DNA from: an uncultured Chloroflexia bacterium
GTDB lineage: Bacteria > Chloroflexota > Anaerolineae > Anaerolineales > UBA4823
Length of the DNA: 24,000 nt
Direction of reading: 5' to 3'
Assembly (NCBI GenBank): GCA_963770655.1
Contig: CAVYQO010000009.1
Span: 69,084 to 93,083, forward strand
Part shown: positions 1-8,900 of the stretch, one piece after another
Layout: the number at the start of each line of letters is the position of its first letter
How positions within the stretch are numbered: position 1 is the stretch's first letter
Program-made: the position numbers and the translations under genes
Notes under the pieces: generated by a model
Told to the model about the DNA's origin: nothing
The model's database searches: none
Seen by the model: the letters and a program-made list of their open reading frames with translations, nothing else

Positions 1-56
1 GCTACCGGCAATTCGGTCTCCAGGGCAGAATCTGCCACGTTTTCACAATTCATCAT
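1..56 (-). CDS. Start of an unidentified CDS truncated by the left window edge (MMNCENVADSALETELPVA...)
   Basis: On the minus strand, AGGAGAG Shine-Dalgarno-like sequence about 6 nt upstream of ATG ATG, then an open frame to the edge. Only about 19 codons visible, no family assignment. Confidence 0.35.
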   Translation of the reverse strand, partial: MMNCENVADSALETELPV

Positions 57-81
57 CGAGGTCTCTCCTCGAATCCAGGCA

Positions 82-116
82 ACGCAAGGGACCCACTCGC
101 GTAGAGTCCCTTGCGT
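82..116. repeat. Perfect 11-bp inverted repeat ACGCAAGGGAC-N13-GTCCCTTGCGT
   Basis: Seen directly between the fabF stop and the SD of the edge CDS. No T-tract follows on either strand. Confidence 0.7.
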
Positions 117-184
117 CCCCTAAATTCAACATCTGTGGTTTTCCAGATAGTGCGAGTCAAACTGGCACATCTGGCTTATGCTAA

Positions 185-1430
185 TTATACAGTTTTTTTG
201 ATCACCAAGACAGCATTATGACCGCCAAAACCAAACGAATTGCTAATGGCGATGCGGACCGGTTTCTGACGAGCCTCATTCGGAATATAATCCAGATCAC
301 ATTCGGGATCAGGTGTCTCATAATGGATGGTTGGGGGGACAATATTATTTTGGACGACCTTTACACAGAATACTGCCTCCAAGGCCCCGGTCGCGCCCAT
401 CATATGACCAGTCATCGATTTCGTCGAGGATATTGGGATTTGATAGGCTAATTCGCCAAAAGCAGATTTGATTGCCCTTGTTTCGGATAGATCGTTCAGT
501 TGCGTCGCTGTACCGTGGGCATTGATGTAATCGACAGCATCGATATTTAACCCAGCCGATTCGAGGGCAGCACGCATCGCCCGTGCCCCGCCAGCGCCAT
601 TCTCCGCCGGGGCGGTTATGTGATACGCATCAGCAGTAGAGGCATAACCAGCCAGCTCCGCCAGGATTTCCGCGCCACGCTGCCGAGCATGCTCTTCGCT
701 TTCCAGCACCAGCACCGCAGCCCCTTCCCCCATCACCAATCCATCCCTATTTTTATCGAAAGGCTGCGGGGTCATCGAATAATCCTGGTTGCGGCGCGAC
801 ATTGCCCCAATCCGGTCAAAAGAAGCCATGCCAATTGGGGAGATTGTCGCTTCACTGGCCTCCGCAAATTGCCGCGTCGATAATCCCCGACATAATCAAC
901 CTCCAGGCAGTTCCAATCCCGTCCGCACCCGAGGCGCATGCCGATGTAACCGAAAAACATGGCCCAGTGAAGCCATAGTCTATGGCCGTCATTCCCGCTG
1001 CGCCGTTTCCCATTAGCATCGGAATAGCAAAAGGGGAAACTTTGCGGGGTCCCTCTTTTTCGATAAGTGGGATATTTTCTTGAAGCACACCCAATCCGCC
1101 AATGGCAGAACTGACAATCACCCCGACCCGCTCAGGATTAATCCTCTCCAGTAAAATCCCCGATTGAGCGATTGCTTCCGCGGCAGCTACTGCAGCAAAT
1201 TGCTCGAAACGGTCTCTCCGGCGTGCTTCCTTGGCTGGCATATAGTCTTCAGGTCGAAAATTTTTCACTTCACAGGCAATTTGCGCCAAATAATTGCTCA
1301 CATCAAATAAGGTAACCGGACCGACGCCAGAAACCCCATTAAGCACATTTTGCCAGTTTTCTTCAACAGTTTTGCCAATTGAGGAGATTGCCCCTGTACC
1401 CGTAATAACAACTTTTTGGCTACGATCCAT
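185..1430 (-). CDS. fabF: 3-oxoacyl-ACP synthase II (FabF), interrupted by an apparent +1 frameshift near 855-860
   Basis: ORF 852..1430 carries the N-terminal half with the active-site Cys region (SVTSACASG). ORF 185..829 carries NAHGTAT, STKSMTGH and NSFGFGGHN. Removing one base at about 857 gives ...ICGGSEATISPIGMASFDRIGAMS..., joining both halves. Confidence 0.93.
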
Positions 1431-1473
1431 ATGCTCACCTAAATAATTGAAAAATGAAACCCAAAATCCTGGA

Positions 1474-2571
1474 TTAGAAATCTGCTTTTAACCCAGCCCC
1501 GGTTAGGATACAAACGATTGGCTCGGGTAACTGGCTGCTCATCTTTAGAGCACTCCAGACGATAGCAGACGTCGGCTCAACATAAAACCCCAAACGAGCC
1601 AGGGCGTCGCGTCCTGGGAGAATATCCGGTTCATCCACAGCGACGATCTGCCCATTCGACGCCTCGACCAGTTTCAGAACAGCATCTCCGCGGACAGGAA
1701 ATTTTACGCGCACTCCTTCGGCTAGTGTTTCGCCCTCTGCCACCCAGCTTAACCCGGCCATCCCATATTGATAAACCGCCCACAATGGCGCACAAGCTCG
1801 CGCCTGGACCCCGATCAAACTTGGGATCACCTCAATTAAGCCGGCAGCTTTTAAAGACTGGAAGCCGCGCCCGATCGCCAGGAGCAGATTACCCTGGCCG
1901 GCAGGTGCAATCACTGTCCCAGGGGCGCAGCCGAGCTCCTCGTACAATTCGTAGGCCAAGGTGGCATACCCCGCTAACCCGTGCGGAAGGTATGCATGGC
2001 TGGCATAGATCAGCGCCTCGCTGGCAAGATTACGCACAGCATCAGCAGCATTCGAGCGCTGACCATCGATCTCTTCAATGACCGCACCATAAGCTTCTAT
2101 TTGGCGGCGCTTTGGTCCGGAAGCCGAAGCAGGGACAAAAATCCTGGAGGATATACCCGCACGGCTGGCATACGCGGCGAGCGAAGCGCCTGCATTTCCT
2201 GAAGAGTCCTCGATCACCGTGGCGACGCCTTTGCTCTTCAATACCGTGACAAGCAGCGCCGTTCCACGATCCTTATAGGATCCACTCGGGTTGAGAAAAT
2301 CAAGCTTAAAACCTACCTGGCGGCCAAACGCTTCCGCCCACACGAGTGGCGTGTTACCCTCGCCGAGGGTGACCGGATCCGATCCTTGCGGCAGCCAAAA
2401 AGTGTGCTGATAGCGCCAGATACCCGCCGCTCTGCGCTCTAGTTGATCAGGATCGTACTGGGGTAGAACGGGCCAATCATACACGCCCGTACAAATCGGA
2501 CACCGCCACGGGAGGCTGTCCCTCGGGTAAGGGCTGCTACAATTCGTACAATAAATGGCGTTTGTGGTCAT
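1474..2571 (-). CDS. thrC: Threonine synthase (PLP-dependent, with N-terminal zinc ribbon CxxC...CxxC)
   Basis: 365 aa: YCTNCSSPYP...WRCPICTG zinc ribbon, LGEGNTPLV, NPSGSYKDRGTALLV PLP-lysine region, EDSSGNAGASLAAYA. Confidence 0.85.
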   Translation of the reverse strand: MTTNAIYCTNCSSPYPRDSLPWRCPICTGVYDWPVLPQYDPDQLERRAAGIWRYQHTFWLPQGSDPVTLGEGNTPLVWAEAFGRQVGFKLDFLNPSGSYKDRGTALLVTVLKSKGVATVIEDSSGNAGASLAAYASRAGISSRIFVPASASGPKRRQIEAYGAVIEEIDGQRSNAADAVRNLASEALIYASHAYLPHGLAGYATLAYELYEELGCAPGTVIAPAGQGNLLLAIGRGFQSLKAAGLIEVIPSLIGVQARACAPLWAVYQYGMAGLSWVAEGETLAEGVRVKFPVRGDAVLKLVEASNGQIVAVDEPDILPGRDALARLGFYVEPTSAIVWSALKMSSQLPEPIVCILTGAGLKADF

Positions 2572-2625
2572 TTCTAGAGTTTTCCAGGAAAAGTTTCAGG
2601 AATACTACAATATATGCTAAGCTGT

Positions 2626-3093
2626 CTAATCTTGCCGGTCAGGGATGTACTCGCCTTCGATCCACACCTCGTTATCCGGGCTCACCTCTTTTTTCCAAAC
2701 CGGTACAATTTCTTTCAAACGGTCAATCCCATAACGAGCCGCCTCAAAGACGCCTGTATCGCGATGGGCAGCGGTGCACGCAATGAGAACAGTCGGCGTG
2801 CCCGGATCCAGATGCCCGATCCGCTGGACGATCACGATGCCTTCTACATCAGGCCATCTTTGGCGGATCTCATCAGCCACCTGGCGCATCTTGGCTTCTG
2901 CCATCGGCTGGTAGGCTTCATATTCGAGGTAGAGCGTCTGATGCGGTAGATCGCGGGTCGTAATGCCCCGCACCATGCCGGTGAAAAAACACGCCGCGCC
3001 TGTGGTTGGAAGCGTGATTCGCGAGACTAGATCGTTTAAATCCAATGGGTCTTGAGTAATGAGGGTTATCGTTGGGTGGTTTAGATCTGCCAT
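2626..3093 (-). CDS. moaE: Molybdopterin synthase catalytic subunit MoaE
   Basis: 155 aa with LEYEAYQPMAEAKM, RIGHLDPG, AHRDTGVFEAARYGIDRLKEIVPVWKKE motifs; adjacent to moaD. Confidence 0.92.
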   Translation of the reverse strand: MADLNHPTITLITQDPLDLNDLVSRITLPTTGAACFFTGMVRGITTRDLPHQTLYLEYEAYQPMAEAKMRQVADEIRQRWPDVEGIVIVQRIGHLDPGTPTVLIACTAAHRDTGVFEAARYGIDRLKEIVPVWKKEVSPDNEVWIEGEYIPDRQD

Positions 3094-3338
3094 TAGCCGC
3101 CGCTCACCGGTGGAAATACTGCCAACTCTGCCCCCTCTGGGATCATTTGATCTTCAAAAGCAAATTCCCGATTCACGGCGATAATCGCCGATGAAATGGC
3201 GCTGGCCAGGGCTGGAAAATGTTCAACCAACAATATCTTGAAGTCGGCAACTTGGATCCCAACTGGGAGATCCAAATGCACATCTTTTACCCCTGTCCGT
3301 TCTCGCATCGTTGCAAAAAACAAAACTTTAACAGTCAT
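3093..3338 (-). CDS. moaD: Molybdopterin synthase sulfur carrier subunit MoaD
   Basis: 81 aa, ubiquitin-like fold signature, C-terminal ...FPPVSGG; stop overlaps the moaE start (TAATG). Confidence 0.9.
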   Translation of the reverse strand: MTVKVLFFATMRERTGVKDVHLDLPVGIQVADFKILLVEHFPALASAISSAIIAVNREFAFEDQMIPEGAELAVFPPVSGG

Positions 3339-3346
3339 CGGTTTAC

Positions 3347-3871
3347 CTATCCTTTGCCAGGGTCGATTTCAGCTAGCGGATCGAGCGGGTTCTCAAAGTT
3401 TATTACGTCGCCGCTGGCGCCGCCTTTTTTCTGCACCAGGCGAATATTCTGAATGCGCATCGTCTTTTCAACAGCCTTTGCCATATCATAGATCGTCAGA
3501 GCGGCAATGCTCACCGCGGTTAATGCTTCCATTTCTACCCCGGTCTTTCCATAGGTCCGTACAGTAGCGGTAATTTGAATACCCGGTAAGGCTTCGTCAA
3601 GCTCGACGTCGACCAAAATCTGGTTTACTGGCAAAGGGTGACATAACGGGATCAACTCCGAGGTTCGTTTTGCGCCCATGACTCCTGCAATTTGGGCGAC
3701 AGCCAAAACATCACCCTTCTTCATTGCCCCGGCCTTAATTAATGCCAGGGTTTCAGAGCGCATCACCACCTCGCCCTTGGCTACCGCGATTCGATTTGAA
3801 TCTGGTTTTTGGCTGACATCGACCATTTGAGCACGGCCGGTTTCGTCGATATGAGATAACCTGGAGTTCAT
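3347..3871 (-). CDS. moaC: Cyclic pyranopterin monophosphate synthase MoaC
   Basis: 174 aa with [62 protein letters not shown]. Confidence 0.95.
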   Translation of the reverse strand: MNSRLSHIDETGRAQMVDVSQKPDSNRIAVAKGEVVMRSETLALIKAGAMKKGDVLAVAQIAGVMGAKRTSELIPLCHPLPVNQILVDVELDEALPGIQITATVRTYGKTGVEMEALTAVSIAALTIYDMAKAVEKTMRIQNIRLVQKKGGASGDVINFENPLDPLAEIDPGKG

Positions 3872-3878
3872 AGGTCAA

Positions 3879-3906
3879 ATTATAACTTAATAGTGTATGT
3901 TATAAT
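3879..3906. promoter_or_regulatory. Symmetric divergent -10 elements (ATTATAAC-N12-GTTATAAT) between moaC and ftsY
   Basis: TATAAT on plus at 3901-3906, 8 nt from the ftsY ATG at 3915. TATAAT on minus at 3884-3879, 7 nt from the moaC ATG at 3871. No Shine-Dalgarno visible for either gene. Confidence 0.65.
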
Positions 3907-3914
3907 CCTCCCCC

Positions 3915-4829
3915 ATGAGTAATCTGATTGATAAATGGAAACAAGGCCTTGCTCGAAGCAGCAAGGCTGCTTTTGGTCAAATTGCAACCCTATTTGGGGC
4001 CACACAAATTACCCCGGAAATTTGGGACGACCTGGAAGCGCTCTTAATCCAGGCTGATTTGGGGGTGGATACAACGGAAGCCGTGTTAGACGCCCTCGAA
4101 CAGCGAGTGGATCGTGAAGGCGTTACGCGGATGGACGAGCTAAAATTAGCCTTACGCCAGGAATTGCGCTCCTTGCTTTTGGACCCACCCGTGCTGAATT
4201 TCACTGAGCAACCGACGGTTGTACTGATCGTAGGGGTGAATGGGTCAGGGAAAACAACCAGTATTGCCAAGCTCGGACAGCGCTATAAAAACGAAGGCAA
4301 GAAAGTGATTTTCGGCGCTGCAGATACTTACCGGGCTGCGGCAGTGGATCAGCTCGAAATTTGGGCAAACCGGCTTGATATCGAGGTTATTTCAGGCCAA
4401 ACAGGCGGCGACGCTGGCGCAGTCGCTTACGATACAGTCAAGGCAGCCATTTCACGCAAATCAGATATTGCATTGATCGATACCGCTGGGCGACTGCACA
4501 CCCGATTCAACTTGATGGAAGAACTTAAAAAAGTGCATCGTGTGGTTGGAAAAGCGATGGCAGGCGCTCCTCACCTGGTTTGGTTGGTGATGGATTCGAC
4601 GACAGGTCAGAACGCGCTGCAGCAAGCCCGCGCCTTTAAGGATGCTGTAAAAGTAAACGGAGTTATCCTGGCAAAGCTTGATTCTTCTGCTCGAGGGGGA
4701 ATGGCATTTGCAATCGGGAAGGAGCTGGGGCTGCCGATTCTATTTGCCGGCCTGGGTGAAAAACCGGATGATCTCCAACCTTTTGATCCCGAGGCATTTG
4801 TGGATAGCATTTTGGCGGAATTTGTTTAA
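3915..4829 (+). CDS. ftsY: Signal recognition particle receptor FtsY (NG domain)
   Basis: 304 aa: GVNGSGKTTSIAKLG, DTYRAAAVDQLE, DTAGRLHT, LAKLDSSARGG. Confidence 0.96.
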   Translation: MSNLIDKWKQGLARSSKAAFGQIATLFGATQITPEIWDDLEALLIQADLGVDTTEAVLDALEQRVDREGVTRMDELKLALRQELRSLLLDPPVLNFTEQPTVVLIVGVNGSGKTTSIAKLGQRYKNEGKKVIFGAADTYRAAAVDQLEIWANRLDIEVISGQTGGDAGAVAYDTVKAAISRKSDIALIDTAGRLHTRFNLMEELKKVHRVVGKAMAGAPHLVWLVMDSTTGQNALQQARAFKDAVKVNGVILAKLDSSARGGMAFAIGKELGLPILFAGLGEKPDDLQPFDPEAFVDSILAEFV

Positions 4830-4846
4830 TTTTTTCGGGAGAAATT

Positions 4847-5934
4847 ATGCAAGATCTTGAAGACCGGCTGAACCTTTGCGACGAAAAAATCCAGCACCTC
4901 CTGGTGCGTCTTTGACATTCCTGCCAAGCAAACCGAACTGCTCCAATTAGAAAAACAAGCCGAAGACCCGGCGCTGTGGGAAGAACCCGACCGCGCTCAG
5001 AAAGTGATGAAAAGGCTGGCCAGCTTGCGGGAAGATGTGCGCGATTGGGCTGCGCTGCGGCAGCGCGCTCTTGATTCACTTGAATTGGCAGCTCTGGATG
5101 ATGAGAGTCTGCGCGTCGAACTCGAGTTCTGAGGTTGAAGCGATTGAAGCAGATGTGCAAAAACGCGAATTTGCAGCCATGCTTTCGGGGCCCTATGATC
5201 GGGGCGATGCTTTGTTGGCGATTCATGCCGGAGCGGGAGGTACCGATTCACAGGATTGGGCGATGATGCTGCAGCGAATGTACCTACGCTGGGCAGAAGG
5301 ACGTGGATTTAAAACCGAGATCCTTGATACCACCGAAGGCGAGGAGGCAGGAATTAAGAGCGTCACCATTGCAGTGGAAGGCGCATACGCTTTTGGTTAT
5401 CTCCACCCAGAAAAAGGAGTGCACCGATTGGTGCGTCTTTCTCCCTTCGATGCTGCGCATCGAAGGCACACTTCTTTTGCATTAGTCGAAGTTTTACCCC
5501 AGGTCGAAGACGATACCGAGATCTCGATCAACCCGGATGACCTACAAATCGATGTTTACCGTTCATCGAGCGCAGGTGGACAAAATGTACAGAAGAACGC
5601 CACGGCTATCCGCATAACCCATTTACCCACCGGGATTGTTGTGACTTGCCAAAATGAGCGTTCCCAGACGCAAAACCGGGAAAATGCCCTACGTGTCCTG
5701 CGCGGCCGCTTATTAGTGCTAAAACAACAAGAACAAGCAGATACGCTGGCCGAGCTGCGTGGCGAATATACGAAGGCAGAATGGGGGAGCCAGATCCGTT
5801 CCTATGTACTCCACCCCTATCAAATGGTGAAAGATCACCGCACGAATTATGAAATGGGGAATGCGCAGGCAGTTTTAGATGGATCGCTGGACAATTTTAT
5901 CGAAGCATATCTCCGCGCCAACCTGGGAGATTAG
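4847..5934 (+). CDS. prfB: Peptide chain release factor 2 (RF2), with the classical programmed +1 frameshift and a second +1 discontinuity at about 5127-5132
   Basis: ATG 4847 MQDLEDRLNLCDEKIQHLLVRL, in-frame TGA (4913-4915) in CTT TGA C. After +1: DIPAKQTELLQLEKQAEDPALWEEPDRAQKVMKRLASLRED.... Frame breaks again at TTC TGA G (5127-5133), then EVEAIEADVQKREFAAMLSG...HAGAGGTDSQDWA...SSAGGQNVQ...SQIRSYVLHPY. Confidence 0.95.
4899..4916 (+). promoter_or_regulatory. prfB: RF2 autoregulatory programmed +1 frameshift site (CTCCTGGTGCGTCTTTGAC)
   Basis: CTT TGA C at 4910-4916 in frame with ATG 4847. GGTG-containing Shine-Dalgarno-like segment just upstream. RF2 sequence continues in the +1 frame. 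Confidence 0.88.
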
Positions 5935-5959
5935 GATCAGTCAAACAGGTTTCAAATAT

Positions 5960-8411
5960 ATGAAACCTGCTTTATTGATCCTTCTGGCTTTACTCCTGGG
6001 GGCATGTGTCTCAATGAAGGATCCTGAGGGTTCTCAAGAGAATCGCGGGGATATCCTTGCCACGTTACAGCCGGGGGATCTGATTGGACAGACCTTCCAC
6101 TCGCGGCGCGATCAATTAGAACAAATCCAAATCTCACTGGACGTCGACCGGACGAGCCTCACGCCAGGCAGCCGCCTGCTTGCCAGGTTATATCGAATCT
6201 CCAGATGGAGGCGAGCTCCTGCACACCAGCGAGTTCGATCTCAACACGCTGATCAACAGCAGCACCCTGACGATACCTTTTCAACCTGCGGGTCGGAACT
6301 TAGCTGCTGGAGATTATTATCTCGAATTAGAGACGCAAGGAGGCGTGGTCCGATTACTCGGACGAAATGAGGACGCCTATGCGCAAGGGCAGCTCTACCG
6401 TAATCATTTACCAATCGATGGCGACCTGAGCTTTCGACTAAGCTACATCTATGGATTGGCCTCGGTATGGGATGATGTGTTTTCCTGGTTCAAACAAGCC
6501 TGGTTGGTTTTACCCCTCCTGATCTTGTTATGGCTGCCGGGGAGGTTGCTGCTTCGGCTAACTCGCATCGATGAGAACCTTGACTGGGGTGAGCGCAGTG
6601 CGATTTCTATCGGATTAAGTCTCTCCGTCGTACCGCTGCTGATGTTATGGACCAGCTTAATCCATCTTCCATGGAGCCAAACCGCAGTACGGATTTTCAG
6701 CCTGCTCCTGATACTTGTTTATGGTTTCCTTCTGCTCCGCTCTCAAAAAAATGGATTTCATTGGAGAGACCAACACGTTTCCTGGCCGATGATCGCTTTG
6801 GGAGCTGTCTTTGCTTTTTCACTGGCCGTACGGCTGGCTATGGTTAGAGATCTGGCGGGACCGGCGTGGGTCGATTCTGTCCATCATGCTTTGATCACCC
6901 GTTTAATCCTGGCCCAGGGAAGCCTGCCAGACAGCTATGCCCCATTTTTACAGGTAAGCACAACGAATTATCATACCGGCTTTCACACCCTGCTGGCAGC
7001 TTTTACCTGGCTTTCTGGCCTAAAGCTCGAGCAAGCAATGTTGATCTTTGGGCAAGTTTTGAATGCCTCGGCTGTACTTGCAGTGTATCTATTGACAAAG
7101 AGCTTTACCAAAAGCCAGCTTGCCGGGATCTACGCGGCGATCACCGCCGGTTTACTAACCCCGATGCCAGCTTACTACACCAGTTGGGGACGCTATACCC
7201 AACTGGCCGGTTTGTTAATTTTGCCTGCAGCCTGGTGGTTCATAAAATATCTGCTAGATCGAGGACTGGATCCTTTACACACCACGCTAACAGAAACCGA
7301 TCAGCCGGAGAGCTCGGATTGGCTATACTTAGCCCTGGGTGGAATGGCCTTGGGAGGCGTGCTGCTCGTTCATTATCGAGTGTTTGCGTTCCTGATTGCC
7401 TTGCTAATGGCATATTTAGCTGTATACATCGGCCAGGCAGTTTATAGACGCCGTTTTCGTGAGGCTGCCCAGCGGTCAATCTTTGCCATTGGGGGAATTG
7501 GATTAATCGCCGTGATGATCACCCTCCCCTGGTGGCCAAGCACGCTCAGCACCTTCATAAAACCTGTGGCGAGCGCTCCAGGAGGGACAAAGGCTTTTGC
7601 GGATTTCTCGTGGAGCTATCTGAATACCGCTTCTGGAAAATATGTCCTTGGGCTGGCTGGAATAGGGTTAGTTTGGAGTTTCGTTCAAAAACGGTGGTTT
7701 GGCCTGGTTATGGCGCTTTGGGCGGCGATCATGTTCTTTTTTGCAAACCTGGGCGCCTTGCATCTCCCCGGCGGCAACATGATCAATAATACCTCCGTGG
7801 CCATTTCGTTATTTTTACCGTGCGCAGTATTGAGCGGATATTTAATTGGCTGGCTGGTCGCTGGCTGGGCAAAGCTCATTCCCGCCGATTGGCGCTCCTC
7901 CTATTGGGCGGTCGTCTGCCTGGGAAGTGCTGCCTTGGCGTTTGTGGGTGCACGAGCTTTGCTGCCGATTTTAAATCCTGGTACCTTGATGATCCGCCAG
8001 GCCGATTTGCCAGCAATCGCCTGGATCGATGAAAATATTCCAGAGGATGAAACATTTTTGATTAATCCATTTCTATGGGGATATGGTCTCTTTGCCGGGA
8101 GCGACGGAGGTTATTGGATCTCGCCGCTAGCTGGGCGAAACACCCTGCCGCCAGCTGCCCTGTATAATTACAATTTCACAGGCGATCAAGGCCGGAAGAT
8201 CTCTGCGGATGTTCAACAGGTTCTTACATTAGTGCAAGAACCAGACAGGTTGGCTGCTTATTTGATCGATAAAGGAATTCGCTATATCTATCTAGGAGCT
8301 CGCGGCGGTCCACTTTCTTCTGATGTCTTAGTATTTAACCCTCAATTTCAGCAGATATACCACCAGGATGGCGTGTCCATTTTTAAAGTTCTACCATTAA
8401 CCACCCCGTGA
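5960..8411 (+). CDS. Large multipass membrane protein with N-terminal lipobox-like signal and lumenal domain (glycosyltransferase-like architecture, exact family uncertain); apparent +1 frameshift near 6197
   Basis: MKPALLILLALLLGACVS start at 5960. Removing one base near 6197 joins ...PGSRLLARLYR|SPDGGELLHTSEFDLNTL.... Many hydrophobic segments follow, then a C-terminal soluble domain (IDENIPEDETFLINPFLWGYGLFAGSDGGYWI). Confidence 0.65.
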
Positions 8412-8473
8412 AACCTTCCGATCAACGGTGAGGAAGAGGACAGTTCTACTTTGGGCTTTTAACAATCTTCATC

Positions 8474-8502
8474 TTGACATTCTTCGCACATGCCCGTATA
8501 AT
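8474..8502 (+). promoter_or_regulatory. Sigma70-type promoter upstream of rpmF (TTGACA-N17-TATAAT)
   Basis: TTGACA 8474-8479, 17-bp spacer, TATAAT 8497-8502: both hexamers match consensus. Confidence 0.85.
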
Positions 8503-8508
8503 CCTTTC

Positions 8509-8527
8509 GCCTGCCCAATGGGCAGGC
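8509..8527 (+). other. Stem-loop GCCTGCCC-AAT-GGGCAGGC at the predicted 5' end of the rpmF transcript
   Basis: Perfect 8-bp stem with a 3-nt loop starting 7 nt after the -10 element. Confidence 0.6.
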
Positions 8528-8584
8528 ATTCTTATGGAAAATCAGGCCAAGTGACCTGTTTGCAATAAACTTAGGAGAAAGACA

Positions 8585-8779
8585 ATGCCCCCACATCCGA
8601 AGAGAAAACTTTCCAAGGGTCGCCGTGATCGTCGTCGCGCTCACAACTCTCTGGAACCACGAAACCTGGTAGCTTGCAGCAATTGCGGCGAAATGCGCTT
8701 ACCGCACACCGTTTGCCCGAACTGCGGACACTACAAGGGTCGCGAAGTAATCGCCAAAGAACCTGAAAAGAAAAAATAA
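8585..8779 (+). CDS. rpmF: 50S ribosomal protein L32
   Basis: 64 aa: MPPHPKRKLSKGRRDRRRAH...CSNCGEMRLPHTVCPNCGHYKGREV. SD AGGAGAAAG upstream. Confidence 0.96.
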   Translation: MPPHPKRKLSKGRRDRRRAHNSLEPRNLVACSNCGEMRLPHTVCPNCGHYKGREVIAKEPEKKK

Positions 8780-8795
8780 AACCCGCTTTTCCAGT

Positions 8796-8822
8796 AAAAA
8801 CCACCCGTACGGGTGGTTTTTT
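8796..8822 (+). terminator. Intrinsic terminator after rpmF
   Basis: AAAACCACCCGTACGGGTGGTTTT perfect palindrome followed by more T residues, 17 nt after the rpmF stop. Confidence 0.9.
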
Positions 8823-8900
8823 ATTCGTTAAGCAATGTAACCAAATCGCACAATTTGGGTTAAAACAGTACAATCTAAATCGAAACAGGATGAGGTGAAG

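Noticed and set aside
60-130. T-box riboswitch on the minus strand upstream of the edge CDS
   Set aside because: The GTCCCTTGCGT stem superficially recalls T-box terminator helices, but no T-box core (TGGNACCGCG) or T-tract is present and the gene identity is unknown.
1725-2202. Plus-strand ORFs (1725..2081, 1981..2202) opposite threonine synthase
   Set aside because: Basic/Arg-Ser-rich translations with no family features, fully antisense to a well-supported gene. Typical shadow ORFs.
3915-4829. Possibility that the SRP GTPase gene is ffh rather than ftsY
   Set aside because: No C-terminal Met-rich M domain, and it starts with a short acidic/helical N segment followed by the NG domain ending DSILAEFV. 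FtsY fits better.
4663-5226. 187-aa minus-strand ORF across the ftsY/prfB junction
   Set aside because: Antisense to ftsY and prfB, no domain. It appears prominent only because prfB is split in the ORF track.
6866-7447. 193-aa plus-strand alternative-frame ORF inside the membrane protein gene
   Set aside because: The overlapping frame encodes clear TM segments of the main protein. The alternative frame lacks protein-like character.
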